From: Fimbriimonadales bacterium | GTDB taxonomy: Bacteria > Armatimonadota > Fimbriimonadia > Fimbriimonadales > ATM1 | Direction of reading: 5' to 3' | Assembly (NCBI GenBank): GCA_041744215.1 | Contig: JBGTLG010000032.1 | Span: 50,309 to 114,308 of the forward strand | Length of the DNA: 64,000 bases | In this document: positions 48,369 through 57,328 of the stretch, piece by piece | How positions within the stretch are numbered: position 1 is the stretch's first letter | How the letters are laid out: each line of letters opens with the position of its first letter | Position numbers and translations under genes: made by a program | Notes under the pieces: model-generated | Database searches by the model: none | The model's input: the letters and a program-made list of their open reading frames with translations, nothing else | Told to the model about the DNA's origin: nothing

Positions 48369-49640
48369 TCAACCATTTCGCTCTCGGGATCGGATTCCGA
48401 TCCCTTTACCGTGGCCGAGAGCGCTGCAAGCTAAAGCCAGCGCGCACACGAGATCGTCATGAAATCCCGGAGCAGCTGAGTACTTCGTGTGTCCAGTTTC
48501 ATCAACCTTCGCCTCATAGTTTTCGAGCTCGACGATAAGAGCAGGCTCAGAGGTCAGGCGGATGCGCGCGTGCTCGATCAGCGCACCAAGGAACTCGATC
48601 AGTTCCGGCTTCGATCTGCGCGAGAACGAAAACGGTACGACATACAGATCTCGAAAGTCGGACGCGAGATTCTCGGTGGGATGATCTCCTGCACCTGTCC
48701 GGTCGCAAACAACAACGCTCGCTTCAACCTCTTCGGCGATCCTTGCAACACGTTGAACCGAATGTGACCAGCGAACCCCACTCCAGCGGTCGACGTGGAT
48801 CACTTCGCTTCGCGAGCGATCGCCCCGAACAGCGACAACTCCGACGTAATCTCGATAGCGTGCCCAATCGACTCCGAGATACACTGGTCCGCGGTCGACA
48901 ATGGGCGACACTAAGCAATCGTCGATCGCGTCCATCGCGAAGACCGCCGTTTGAGAATCGATGAACTCAGCCTCGTACTCAGTTTTGTAAGCGCGCTCAG
49001 AGATGATCTCTCGCTGTATCGAAAGGAATTGCTCCCCCACTCGCGGGTTCTCGATCGAAGGCGACTGTCTGCTCCAAAATCCCCGCTCGCCGGCTTGGCC
49101 TCGAAGAAACATTCGGTAGAAGTAGTTTCTTCCTCGCGGCGTGCTGATCAGCGTCATGCGTCCGTCATTCGCCGCAGGCATTGGCATCGCGACTTCGGTT
49201 ATCAACGATTCAGGAATAAACGCAGCCTCGTCGATGAGAACATGATCCGCTCCGATGCCCCGCAAGTTCTGCGCATCGTGTCCTGATCGAGCATCCAAGA
49301 TATGGATGGTTTGAGCCGTCGCTCCCTTTCCCTCGACGATTTTGAGTGTCGGATGAGGGGACACAGCAACCGTAAAGGAAACTCCAAGCGCGGTTAGCAT
49401 CCATCTCACGCGCTCAAAAACGAGCTTTGCCTGAACGAGTGTGGGCGCGATCGCGAGTTGCACACTGGTTGCGGAAGAGGCAATCCGGATCGCGATGTCT
49501 GCTGCGGACGCGTCCGATTTCCCCCATCGCCGCCCGCAAGCCAGCACGCGAAACTTCGCGTCTGATGTCAGGTATTCGAGTTGACCGGCGTGAGGAGTCC
49601 AGCCTTCGGTTGAGAGTCTTTCTAAGAAATGCGACAGCAC
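48369..49640 (-). CDS. Phage terminase large subunit
   Basis: PH.GQ, GRRWGKS Walker A, LRG...VLIDEAA Walker B, ISTP.G.N.FY, EYEAEF, LGVDWA, HDDLV.ALALA; GAAAGGAG RBS. Confidence 0.9.
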   Translation of the reverse strand: MLSHFLERLSTEGWTPHAGQLEYLTSDAKFRVLACGRRWGKSDASAADIAIRIASSATSVQLAIAPTLVQAKLVFERVRWMLTALGVSFTVAVSPHPTLKIVEGKGATAQTIHILDARSGHDAQNLRGIGADHVLIDEAAFIPESLITEVAMPMPAANDGRMTLISTPRGRNYFYRMFLRGQAGERGFWSRQSPSIENPRVGEQFLSIQREIISERAYKTEYEAEFIDSQTAVFAMDAIDDCLVSPIVDRGPVYLGVDWARYRDYVGVVAVRGDRSRSEVIHVDRWSGVRWSHSVQRVARIAEEVEASVVVCDRTGAGDHPTENLASDFRDLYVVPFSFSRRSKPELIEFLGALIEHARIRLTSEPALIVELENYEAKVDETGHTKYSAAPGFHDDLVCALALACSALGHGKGIGIRSRERNG

Positions 49641-49711
49641 TCAACTCCTTTCACCGCTGCGGCGGTTGTCAACCACTCTCTCGTTCAGTTGGCTGCGGTG
49701 CAAACAGCGCT

Positions 49712-49750
49712 ATGAAACATAGAGCCCCCGCGCTTACGCGACGGGGGCTG
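49712..49750 (-). terminator. Stem-loop between anti-sigma gene and terminase
   Basis: AGCCCCCG...CGGGGGCT inverted repeat followed on the minus strand by CTATGTTT. Confidence 0.55.
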
Positions 49751-49778
49751 GGGGAGGAGAGGAACGGTTGATAAAGAC

Positions 49779-50507
49779 TTATTGGATCATTCGTATCAAT
49801 TCTTGTACACTCTTTGGACCTGCAAACACCATCCAATGTTCCCCTTGCGACCAACCGATCGCGTTCATTTGACCGACGCGGCTCCAGCCAATTCCGGGTG
49901 CGCCGCGCACTGGCTGAAACTCCTGCTTCTCACGTTGGGGGAAGGCCAGCAGATAGTATTGGTTTTGTCCATCGGAATACACGACTCTGCCGACTCGGCA
50001 ATCAGGGCAATCGACGATTCCAACCTCGACGACCCGAAGGAATCCTTGCGAAATCGGAGGCATCTCCGTTTCACGATTGAGTTGCTGGCGAATCCAGCTT
50101 GCAGCCTGAGTCTCGTCTCGCGGCGTAAACGACGGGAAGGAGACGGACGCGGCGCTGAGCGTCCTCGCCAAGTCATGGTTGCCTACAACGCTTGGATCAA
50201 CACGATAGATGTAAGCCGCCCCAAGAATGGATGCAGCCACTATGCCGGCCAACGCCCCACGGTACTTGCGAACGATCGTCTCAGTGCGATGTGCACGGTC
50301 GATCTCTCTAAACCTTGCCGAACACTTTGACCACAATTCTGGATTGTCGATGGTTTTGATGTTGTCCTGAACGCAAGTCTTCGTCTTCGTCACCCAAAGG
50401 TACTCGCGCTTGACGTCAGGATCATTTTCGATCATCGATTCGATGGCGGCTAACTCTTCACCGCTCATCTCGCCGTCGATGTAAGCATTGATTTGCGATC
50501 TATCCAT
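49779..50507 (-). CDS. Membrane anti-sigma factor
   Basis: INAYIDGE(M)S N-terminal anti-sigma helix, one TM, 1-nt stop/start overlap with the ECF sigma. Confidence 0.8.
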   Translation of the reverse strand: MDRSQINAYIDGEMSGEELAAIESMIENDPDVKREYLWVTKTKTCVQDNIKTIDNPELWSKCSARFREIDRAHRTETIVRKYRGALAGIVAASILGAAYIYRVDPSVVGNHDLARTLSAASVSFPSFTPRDETQAASWIRQQLNRETEMPPISQGFLRVVEVGIVDCPDCRVGRVVYSDGQNQYYLLAFPQREKQEFQPVRGAPGIGWSRVGQMNAIGWSQGEHWMVFAGPKSVQELIRMIQ

Positions 50508-51070
50508 TATTCGTTCTGGCTTCCCTTGATGTACCCTTCTTGTCTTGCAAAATCTGTGAGCTTCTCACGAAGGGCTGCACGCCCTCTCGCAATTCGAGAC
50601 CGCACCGTTCCGATAGGCACTTCGGTCGACTTCGCAATCTCTTCATAGCTCATACCTTCTACGTCGCAAAGCAGGATCGCAATACGGTATTCGTCCGGAA
50701 GAGACGCAAGCGCCTCTTCGACCTGCTCACTCATCAGCCCATCGAACAGCTCCGCGCTTGGATCCCCGTCCTCGGCTGGAATGAACTCCGCAGCCGAATC
50801 GGCTTCCAGGCTTCCAAACTCGGGCCCGCGCTCCTTGCGCCTGTACCGGTTGATATAGAGGTTTGTAAGGATCCTGAGCAGCCAAGCCTTGAAATTGCGG
50901 CCATCGAAGCGTTCGTACGCCTCGTAAGCTCGAACCAGGGCCTCCTGCGTCAGATCCTCAGCCTCTTCCCGGTTCCGGGCCATCCGGAGGGCCGTGCTGA
51001 AGACTGATGGAAAAACCGCACTCGCCTCTCGCTCGAATTCGTCGCGCTTGCCGCGCTTTCGAAAGAGCAT
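50507..51070 (-). CDS. ECF sigma-70 factor (SigR/SigH-like)
   Basis: AEDLTQE..VRAY, FKAWL.RILTN.YIN, LP.EYR..ILL.DVEG.SYEEIA, GTVRSRIARGR. Confidence 0.93.
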   Translation of the reverse strand: MLFRKRGKRDEFEREASAVFPSVFSTALRMARNREEAEDLTQEALVRAYEAYERFDGRNFKAWLLRILTNLYINRYRRKERGPEFGSLEADSAAEFIPAEDGDPSAELFDGLMSEQVEEALASLPDEYRIAILLCDVEGMSYEEIAKSTEVPIGTVRSRIARGRAALREKLTDFARQEGYIKGSQNE

Positions 51071-51182
51071 GAGGCGGCGAGTGTACCTTTCCAAAATCGT
51101 GCAACAAGATCGGTTAGCGTGTAGTTCCACCGATAGCCTGCCATTATCCGCGGACTCGCGAACCCGGTACTCATTGCGGGGA

Positions 51183-53225
51183 TCAGCCCCAGAACCAGCT
51201 TGGGCCGCCAAGGAGCCGCAAGCCGTTCAAAATGACCGCGACGGTGGTCCCTTCATGACCTAAAACCGCAATCCCCAGCGGCAAGACCCCGGCAAAAGAA
51301 AGTGCCGTAAGAACAGCGATCGAGCCAATCGAGATCATCACGTTTTGCCTCACGATGCGGGTGGTCGCCCGCCCGAGTCGGATGAGCAGCGGGATCCGCT
51401 CCAGTCGGTCTTGAATTAGAACCGCGTCCGCAGATCGAATCGCGACGTCGCTGCCAAGCCCTCCCATCGCAACACCCAGATCGGCGGTCGCCAGCGCCGG
51501 GGCGTCGTTGACTCCATCGCCGAGCATCAAAACCGGGCCGGTCTCCTTCTTGATACGCTCAAGTACGTCCTTCTTTTCTCCAGGCATCAGCGCAGCATGG
51601 ATCTCCTCGATCCCGACATCGAGACACACCGGTTTGGCGGCAGCCTCAGTATCGCCGGTCAGCACTGCGATGCGCTGGATCCCAATCTCGCGAAGGCCAT
51701 CGATCATTCCTTTCGCAGCCTCTCTCGGCTCATCGCTCAGTCCGAACGCGGCGACTCGACCGTCGAACGACATCGCAACCGGAGTAAAGCCCTCTTCCCG
51801 AATCCGATCCATCGCGTCCTTGATCGCAGGTGCGTCTCCCTTATCTTCTGCGATGAACTTCATTCTGCCAATGCGCACCTGATTCCCGCCGACAGTTCCG
51901 ACCACGCCCAGCCCACTGACGACAGTCACGTCATCGGCAGTCGGCACATCAAGATGGGATGCTGCATCGACAATCGCTTGTGCGAGAGGATGAGTGCTCC
52001 GCTCCTCGACGGCTGCGGCAAGCGCCAGCGTTTCGGCGATCTCGCTCGGCATCGGCTGGCCGTCGCTCCATTCGATCAGCTCGGACGCGCAGTCTGCCCG
52101 TTTGCATTCGACAACGATCGCGCGCAATCGAAACTTCCCTTGCGTTAGCGTCCCTGTCTTGTCGAGAGCGATCGCTTTGATTCTGCCTGCGCTCTCAAGT
52201 GCAGCCCCACCACGCACGAGTATCCCCCGCCGCGATGCGAACGCAAGGCCAGAAAGAACCGCGGACGGCGCGCTAATCACAAGCGCACACGGCGAAAGCG
52301 CGACCAGCAGCACGAGTGATTTGTAAAACGCATCGGATGGATCGGAGGGGTCGATGGCGAATCGAATGCCATAACTGATCAACGATGCTGCGACGACACC
52401 TATCGTATACGTCTGGCCAAACCATGTGCTGATGCGTTCGCCAGACGCCTTGTTCTCTCGTGCCTCCCTAACGAGAGCAATAACACGATCCAGGCTGGAC
52501 TCCGCTGCCGCAGCCGAAACTCTGATTGTAATGCTGCCTTCCATGTTCTGCGTTCCGGTTAAAACGCTTCCTCCAATTGCCCTGGATACCGGAATCGATT
52601 CCCCCGTCATCGCTGACTCGTCGACGGTCGTTGACCCCTCGATTATCGTCCCGTCGGCAGGGATTTGCGAATACGCGTTGACACGCACCTCGTCTCCAAC
52701 GCGGAGCTGTTCGACCGGGACAACTTCAACCTCGCCGTTTGTCACACGCTCCGCAGTCTTGGGGCGGAGCTTGATAAGCGCCTCGATTCCCTTCTCGGTC
52801 TTCCCGAGTGCGAACGCTTCGAGGGTCGCACTCAACGAGAAGAGCATGAGCAGGGTGGCGGCGTCGTGGTATCGGGCAATTGCAACAGCTCCCGATCCCG
52901 CGAGCAGCATCAATATGTTTATGTCGACGCGCCTGTTCTTGATGGTGACAAAGCCCGACCTCAGCGCTTCGACGCTGCCGAAACCGATCGCCGCAATGGC
53001 GAACGGAATCGATCCCGTCGCGACAGCGACGAGCCAACAAACGACACAAAGCGCAGTCAGATAGGCCAAGTGTAGGGAGCTATTGTGGACGAGGGCAGCC
53101 GAACGATGTGAAACCAAGGCGACTAGGGGATCGTGTTGACAGCAGGCTCGAAAAACACATGAACGCGACGAGCAGAATGCTGTGATCCCCACCCGGTCTC
53201 GCCAGCCGATCGAACCGAAGGTCAA
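51183..53225 (-). CDS. Heavy-metal P-type ATPase, P1B-4 type (true start probably ~53117 or later)
   Basis: TGES, SPC, DKTGTLT, HP, GDGVNDAP, HEGTT. Confidence 0.9.
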   Translation of the reverse strand: MTFGSIGWRDRVGITAFCSSRSCVFRACCQHDPLVALVSHRSAALVHNSSLHLAYLTALCVVCWLVAVATGSIPFAIAAIGFGSVEALRSGFVTIKNRRVDINILMLLAGSGAVAIARYHDAATLLMLFSLSATLEAFALGKTEKGIEALIKLRPKTAERVTNGEVEVVPVEQLRVGDEVRVNAYSQIPADGTIIEGSTTVDESAMTGESIPVSRAIGGSVLTGTQNMEGSITIRVSAAAAESSLDRVIALVREARENKASGERISTWFGQTYTIGVVAASLISYGIRFAIDPSDPSDAFYKSLVLLVALSPCALVISAPSAVLSGLAFASRRGILVRGGAALESAGRIKAIALDKTGTLTQGKFRLRAIVVECKRADCASELIEWSDGQPMPSEIAETLALAAAVEERSTHPLAQAIVDAASHLDVPTADDVTVVSGLGVVGTVGGNQVRIGRMKFIAEDKGDAPAIKDAMDRIREEGFTPVAMSFDGRVAAFGLSDEPREAAKGMIDGLREIGIQRIAVLTGDTEAAAKPVCLDVGIEEIHAALMPGEKKDVLERIKKETGPVLMLGDGVNDAPALATADLGVAMGGLGSDVAIRSADAVLIQDRLERIPLLIRLGRATTRIVRQNVMISIGSIAVLTALSFAGVLPLGIAVLGHEGTTVAVILNGLRLLGGPSWFWG

Positions 53226-53239
53226 TGAAGGCGGTCAAG

Positions 53240-53245
53240 TATAAT
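53240..53245 (+). promoter_or_regulatory. sigma70 -10 box of tRNA-Ser(GCU)
   Basis: Perfect TATAAT 11 nt upstream of the tRNA; no clear -35. Confidence 0.6.
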
Positions 53246-53256
53246 GCCTTACCCGC

Positions 53257-53348
53257 GGAGAGATGGCTGAGTGGTCGAAAGCGCCCGCCTGCTAAGTGGG
53301 TAGGTGTCGTAAGACGCCTCTCGGGTTCGAATCCCGATCTCTCCGCCA
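53257..53348 (+). tRNA. tRNA-Ser(GCU)
   Basis: GGAGAGA/TCTCTCC acceptor, CCCGC-CTGCTAA-GTGGG anticodon arm, long variable arm, GGTTCGAATCC, CCA. Confidence 0.97.
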
Positions 53349-53364
53349 GAACCAATCCAAGCCG

Positions 53365-54312
53365 ATGAACGCGCTGACGGCAACGACCCTACTGGCGCTG
53401 AGTGGTCTCGCCCATGCAGACCCAGGGGCCAACCTCGAAGCGTTCCTCGCCACGCGCAAGGAGCGTAGCCTCAGTGGGATCTCTTCCTCTGCCGCGCTCG
53501 CTTCCATTAGCCCAGGTACGCCTGTCGAACTGGTCGGAACATTCAAGGGCGTGATCCAGATCGGCGAAGACCGCCGCTACCTCTTCGAGGGAACGGGTGG
53601 CACGTGGGTCGGGACAAACCCGCCGCCTGCCTTCGCAACATATCTCCGCCGAGGTGTCATGGTGCGCTGGATCGGGCTCGGTACAAGGACGGAAACCGGA
53701 CTGCAGTGCGAACTCATCGCCGGCCTCGAAAACTTCATCGTTGCACACCACGACGAAAAGGCCGCGGCGCTATCGTCCCTGCCAAAGCGCCCTCCCGCGA
53801 ACCCGCTGGATGGTCTGTCCGGATCCATCATTCGCGACCCATCGGACCCAGCGCACCTGTACGCCGATTTCATACTTCGCCAGAATGCCGCGCTCGAACG
53901 GGAAGAAGCAGAGGAGATTGCGATCGTGACGCTTGCTCTGAGCAAAAGATACGGCATTGACGCGAGGTTGGCCATCGCGGTCATGCTTGTTGAGAGTTCC
54001 TTCAATCCTCAATCGCGAACGCCAGAAGGTCGCCTGGGACTCAGCGGGTTGCCTGGCGTGCTTGTGCGTTCGTTCGCAGTCGCAAACCCGTACGACATCC
54101 GCGAGGGGATCTGGTGCGCCGTCAAACGTGTTTCAAACGGTTTTGTGGCTGCAAGGCCCCATGGAGGAGAACTGGAGGTCGCTTTGCTAGGCTATCGGCA
54201 TGCTTCCATCGACGGCTCGGGTGTTGTCCCGTCGGATCCGGACCCCGCGACTCAAGCGTTCGTTCAGACGGTTCTCAAGTCGTATAGAAGCCTGACAGGG
54301 ACGAGTTCATGA
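53365..54312 (+). CDS. Secreted protein with degenerate SLT lytic transglycosylase domain
   Basis: Signal peptide; YGID.RL..AVMLVESSFNP, G.LGLSGL (for GLMQL), NPYD. Confidence 0.75.
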   Translation: MNALTATTLLALSGLAHADPGANLEAFLATRKERSLSGISSSAALASISPGTPVELVGTFKGVIQIGEDRRYLFEGTGGTWVGTNPPPAFATYLRRGVMVRWIGLGTRTETGLQCELIAGLENFIVAHHDEKAAALSSLPKRPPANPLDGLSGSIIRDPSDPAHLYADFILRQNAALEREEAEEIAIVTLALSKRYGIDARLAIAVMLVESSFNPQSRTPEGRLGLSGLPGVLVRSFAVANPYDIREGIWCAVKRVSNGFVAARPHGGELEVALLGYRHASIDGSGVVPSDPDPATQAFVQTVLKSYRSLTGTSS

Positions 54313-56564
54313 ACGGAACCGAGACGCTCAACCTCGACTTCGATCTCATGCCGCCAGAATCGGTGGATTGCGTGGGCTGCATCGACAGGGCCCAAGAGCG
54401 TCTGCGACTACTGAGCGGCGTCTCGAATGTGGAAGTCGAGCAAGATCGGAGGCGCATCCGAATCGCGGTTGAGGAGCGAGCAAACGCCAGTCAGATTGCC
54501 GAGAACGCAAAAAGAGTCATGTCGGATGTGGCCTCTGGCTTCGGGCACGAAGCGTTCCGCGTCGGCGGCATGGATTGCCCTGGTTGCGCGAAAGAGATTG
54601 AAACCGGATTGGGCTCGGTGCAAGGTGTTCTGTCTTGTTCGGTCGATTTTCCGACAGCCCGAATGCGCGTCGAATACGATCGCAAAGTCGTTGATCCTAA
54701 TCAGATTCGGCGCGAAGTTCGCCAACTCGGTTTCAGTGCGCAATCAATTTTTAGCGCGGAGGCGGAGACCCCGCTCGCAGAGATTCTAACGCTCGTTGTG
54801 GGTGCGGCGCTTTTCGCCGCGGCAGTGATCCTTCGCGATCCGCAATGGGTGAAGATTGCGCTCTACTGCGCTGCCGGCATCTTGAGCGGCTGGCGGATGC
54901 TACTGAGCGGAATCGTGTCAATCGCTCGCGCGAATCTCACGATGAACGCGCTGATGACAGTTGCAGTCATCGGCGCAGCATCTATTCAAGAGTGGCCCGA
55001 AGCGGCGCTCGTCGCGTGGCTGTTTGCGCTTGGAAATGTTTTGCAGGCTCGCGCGAACCGCCGCACCCGATCCGCGTTGCGCGAACTGCTCGATGGCGCA
55101 CCGAAAACTGCCCGGGTGCGTGCGAACGGGACATCGCAAGCAGTCGACGTCGTCGAGATATTTCCGGGTGACTTGGTCGAGGTGTTGCCGTTCGAGCAGA
55201 TCCCCGTGGACGGTGAAGTCGTTGAGGGATCAAGCACCATCAACAATGCCTCGCTGACAGGAGAGAGCGAACCCCAGTTTGCAGCCATCGGCACTCGAGT
55301 CTTAGCTGGAGGATCGAATGAACACGGCTTATTGATCGTGCGCGCAGATCGTCGGTTCTCCGACACCACGTACGCAAAGACATTGGACATGATCGAGCGC
55401 GGTCAGTCGGTGCGGTCGCCGCAGCAGGCGATGATCGATCGGTTCGCCGCGGTTTACACGCCGGTGGTAATCGCGGTCGCGTTTGGTTTCGCACTGATTG
55501 CTGGGCTTAGCGGGTTCCGCACTTGGGCCGATGCGCTGCATCAGGCATTTTGGCTATTGATGGTCGCGTGCCCTTGCGCATTGATTCTCTCGACTCCGGT
55601 TGCAGTCGTCTCCGCAATTGGAGCGGCCAGCAAGTTCGGCGCACTCATACGAGGAGGTGCTTATCTTGAAGCAATTTCGCGAGCCAAAAATTGGATTTTT
55701 GACAAAACCGGGACGCTGACGCACGCTCGACTCGAAGTTGAAGGCGCAGCGCTCGCCGACGGAGTCGACGAATCCGAAGTGCTTTCGATCGCGCACGCGC
55801 TTGCGTCGTCAAGCGGACACCCGATCTCGCGGGCAATCGTCAAGTTCTGCGAGTCGAAGGGGGCGGCTCGCGCGCCGATCTACCAAGTGCGGGAACAAGC
55901 AGCTTTGGGAATCGGTGGAAACTTGGGAGACCGGGAAGTGCGATTAGGCAGCGCCGCTTTCACAGGAGCGACTCTCGGCGAAGGAAAAGCAGTTCATATG
56001 AGCGTCGACGGAGTGACAATGGCAACCTTCTTCCTAATCGAGAAGCCGAAGCCGGGTTCGCGTGACGCGGTCGAGTACCTGGAAAACGCTGGAGTCAGCT
56101 TAACGTTGTTGAGCGGAGACGCGAAGTCGACAGTCGTGTCAACTGCTGACCAATTGGGGATTCGCGATCGCCGCGCTGATCTGCTTCCAGATCAAAAGGC
56201 TGAGATCGCTGGCCAATTGTCACGCGACGGTGGCGTCGTTATGGTTGGCGATGGAATCAACGACGTCGCCGCGCTGCAACGATCCGACGTCGCAATTGCT
56301 ATGGGGGCAGCCGGGAGCGAGGCGGCGATCGAAGCCGCGGATGTCGTCGTACTCAACGATGACATCGCTTCGCTCAAAAAGCTTCACTCGCTAAGTCGGA
56401 GATACCGCAGCGTAGTGGCACAGAACATCGGCTTCAGTCTTCTGACGAAAGCAGCACTTGTTGCCTTTGGCGTGGCGACGCCGCTGCCGTTTTGGATCGC
56501 TGTCGCTGGCGACATGGGTGTTTCTCTGATCGTCACCATGAACGCCATGCGGCTCCGGCTTTAG
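54309..56564 (+). CDS. Zn/Cd-type P1B-2 ATPase (ZntA/CadA-like)
   Basis: Two HMA motifs (DCVGC, GMDCPGC), TGES, CPC, DKTGTLT, GDGIND, TM Lys and DMG. Confidence 0.9.
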   Translation: MNGTETLNLDFDLMPPESVDCVGCIDRAQERLRLLSGVSNVEVEQDRRRIRIAVEERANASQIAENAKRVMSDVASGFGHEAFRVGGMDCPGCAKEIETGLGSVQGVLSCSVDFPTARMRVEYDRKVVDPNQIRREVRQLGFSAQSIFSAEAETPLAEILTLVVGAALFAAAVILRDPQWVKIALYCAAGILSGWRMLLSGIVSIARANLTMNALMTVAVIGAASIQEWPEAALVAWLFALGNVLQARANRRTRSALRELLDGAPKTARVRANGTSQAVDVVEIFPGDLVEVLPFEQIPVDGEVVEGSSTINNASLTGESEPQFAAIGTRVLAGGSNEHGLLIVRADRRFSDTTYAKTLDMIERGQSVRSPQQAMIDRFAAVYTPVVIAVAFGFALIAGLSGFRTWADALHQAFWLLMVACPCALILSTPVAVVSAIGAASKFGALIRGGAYLEAISRAKNWIFDKTGTLTHARLEVEGAALADGVDESEVLSIAHALASSSGHPISRAIVKFCESKGAARAPIYQVREQAALGIGGNLGDREVRLGSAAFTGATLGEGKAVHMSVDGVTMATFFLIEKPKPGSRDAVEYLENAGVSLTLLSGDAKSTVVSTADQLGIRDRRADLLPDQKAEIAGQLSRDGGVVMVGDGINDVAALQRSDVAIAMGAAGSEAAIEAADVVVLNDDIASLKKLHSLSRRYRSVVAQNIGFSLLTKAALVAFGVATPLPFWIAVAGDMGVSLIVTMNAMRLRL

Positions 56565-57328
56565 GCTATGCCTGGGGTCGCGAGCTTGCCTTCTGAGGCG
56601 TGCCTGTCATCCGCAATCAGCAACAGAGCGCGATGTCCGTCCGTCGTGAACCGGAATCCGCGTGCTGCAGTCGCGGAAACGGGATCGATCCGGAACGCGA
56701 ATCGGAACGCGCGGTCTTCTGCAAGCAGGACACTCACCAGTTCGGTCTGCCAGTCTTCGAGCGCAATCAGGGCTGCCAGAGACTGCTCGCGCATCTCTTC
56801 CGTTTGAGCGACGTTTCTCGCGCACTCAAAGTCGTTCATGGCGTCCTGATACATGCCGAGGGACTGATGAAGAAGCCCTCGCGTGAAGTAATAGCCAGGC
56901 TCATTGGGGTTGATTCTCAGAGCGCGACGCACCCACTTCAGCGCACCGTAGATATCCCCCGTCTTCCACTGGGCCTTCAGAAGCGTCTCAATCGCGAAAA
57001 GGCTATCGGGATTCTTTCTCAGGTATCGGATCGATTCGGCAACCGCCTGCTTCAGCAATCCTTGTTCAAGTAGCGCTGACGCCTTCCCTCCTGGCACCAG
57101 CTTTTCGGTTCGAGTCAACGAATTCATCATGATAGTAGCAACCAAAGCACGGGCTGAATCCGATGAGGGCGCTTGGCCTTCGCCGGACTCGGCATCTGTC
57201 TTATCCGCCACCAGCGCGGATTCACCTACACTACGTTGGCGCGAACCCCGGCGGGCCCGCATCCAGTCCTGGATTCGCGATTTCTCCGAATCTTCGCCCA
57301 TTATCAACCTTCTCCTTCGTTTCGTCAA
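56561..57328 (-). CDS. TPR protein
   Basis: AL..VRRAL.INP..PGYYF.RG..HQ.LG.Y..A..DF TPR motif. Confidence 0.75.
   Translation of the reverse strand: MTKRRRRLIMGEDSEKSRIQDWMRARRGSRQRSVGESALVADKTDAESGEGQAPSSDSARALVATIMMNSLTRTEKLVPGGKASALLEQGLLKQAVAESIRYLRKNPDSLFAIETLLKAQWKTGDIYGALKWVRRALRINPNEPGYYFTRGLLHQSLGMYQDAMNDFECARNVAQTEEMREQSLAALIALEDWQTELVSVLLAEDRAFRFAFRIDPVSATAARGFRFTTDGHRALLLIADDRHASEGKLATPGIA

Noticed and set aside
47257-49640. Calling a full prophage
   Set aside because: No capsid, tail, lysis, integrase or repressor genes in the window; the flanks are host genes.
46531-53348. Two similar tRNA-Ser genes bracketing the terminase region as attL/attR of an island
   Set aside because: Both are complete tRNAs with different anticodons and variable arms; the similarity is isoacceptor homology. 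No integrase or partial 3' duplication was seen.
53296-53364. N-terminal extension of the SLT-like ORF
   Set aside because: It overlaps tRNA-Ser(GCU); the signal peptide begins at ATG53365.
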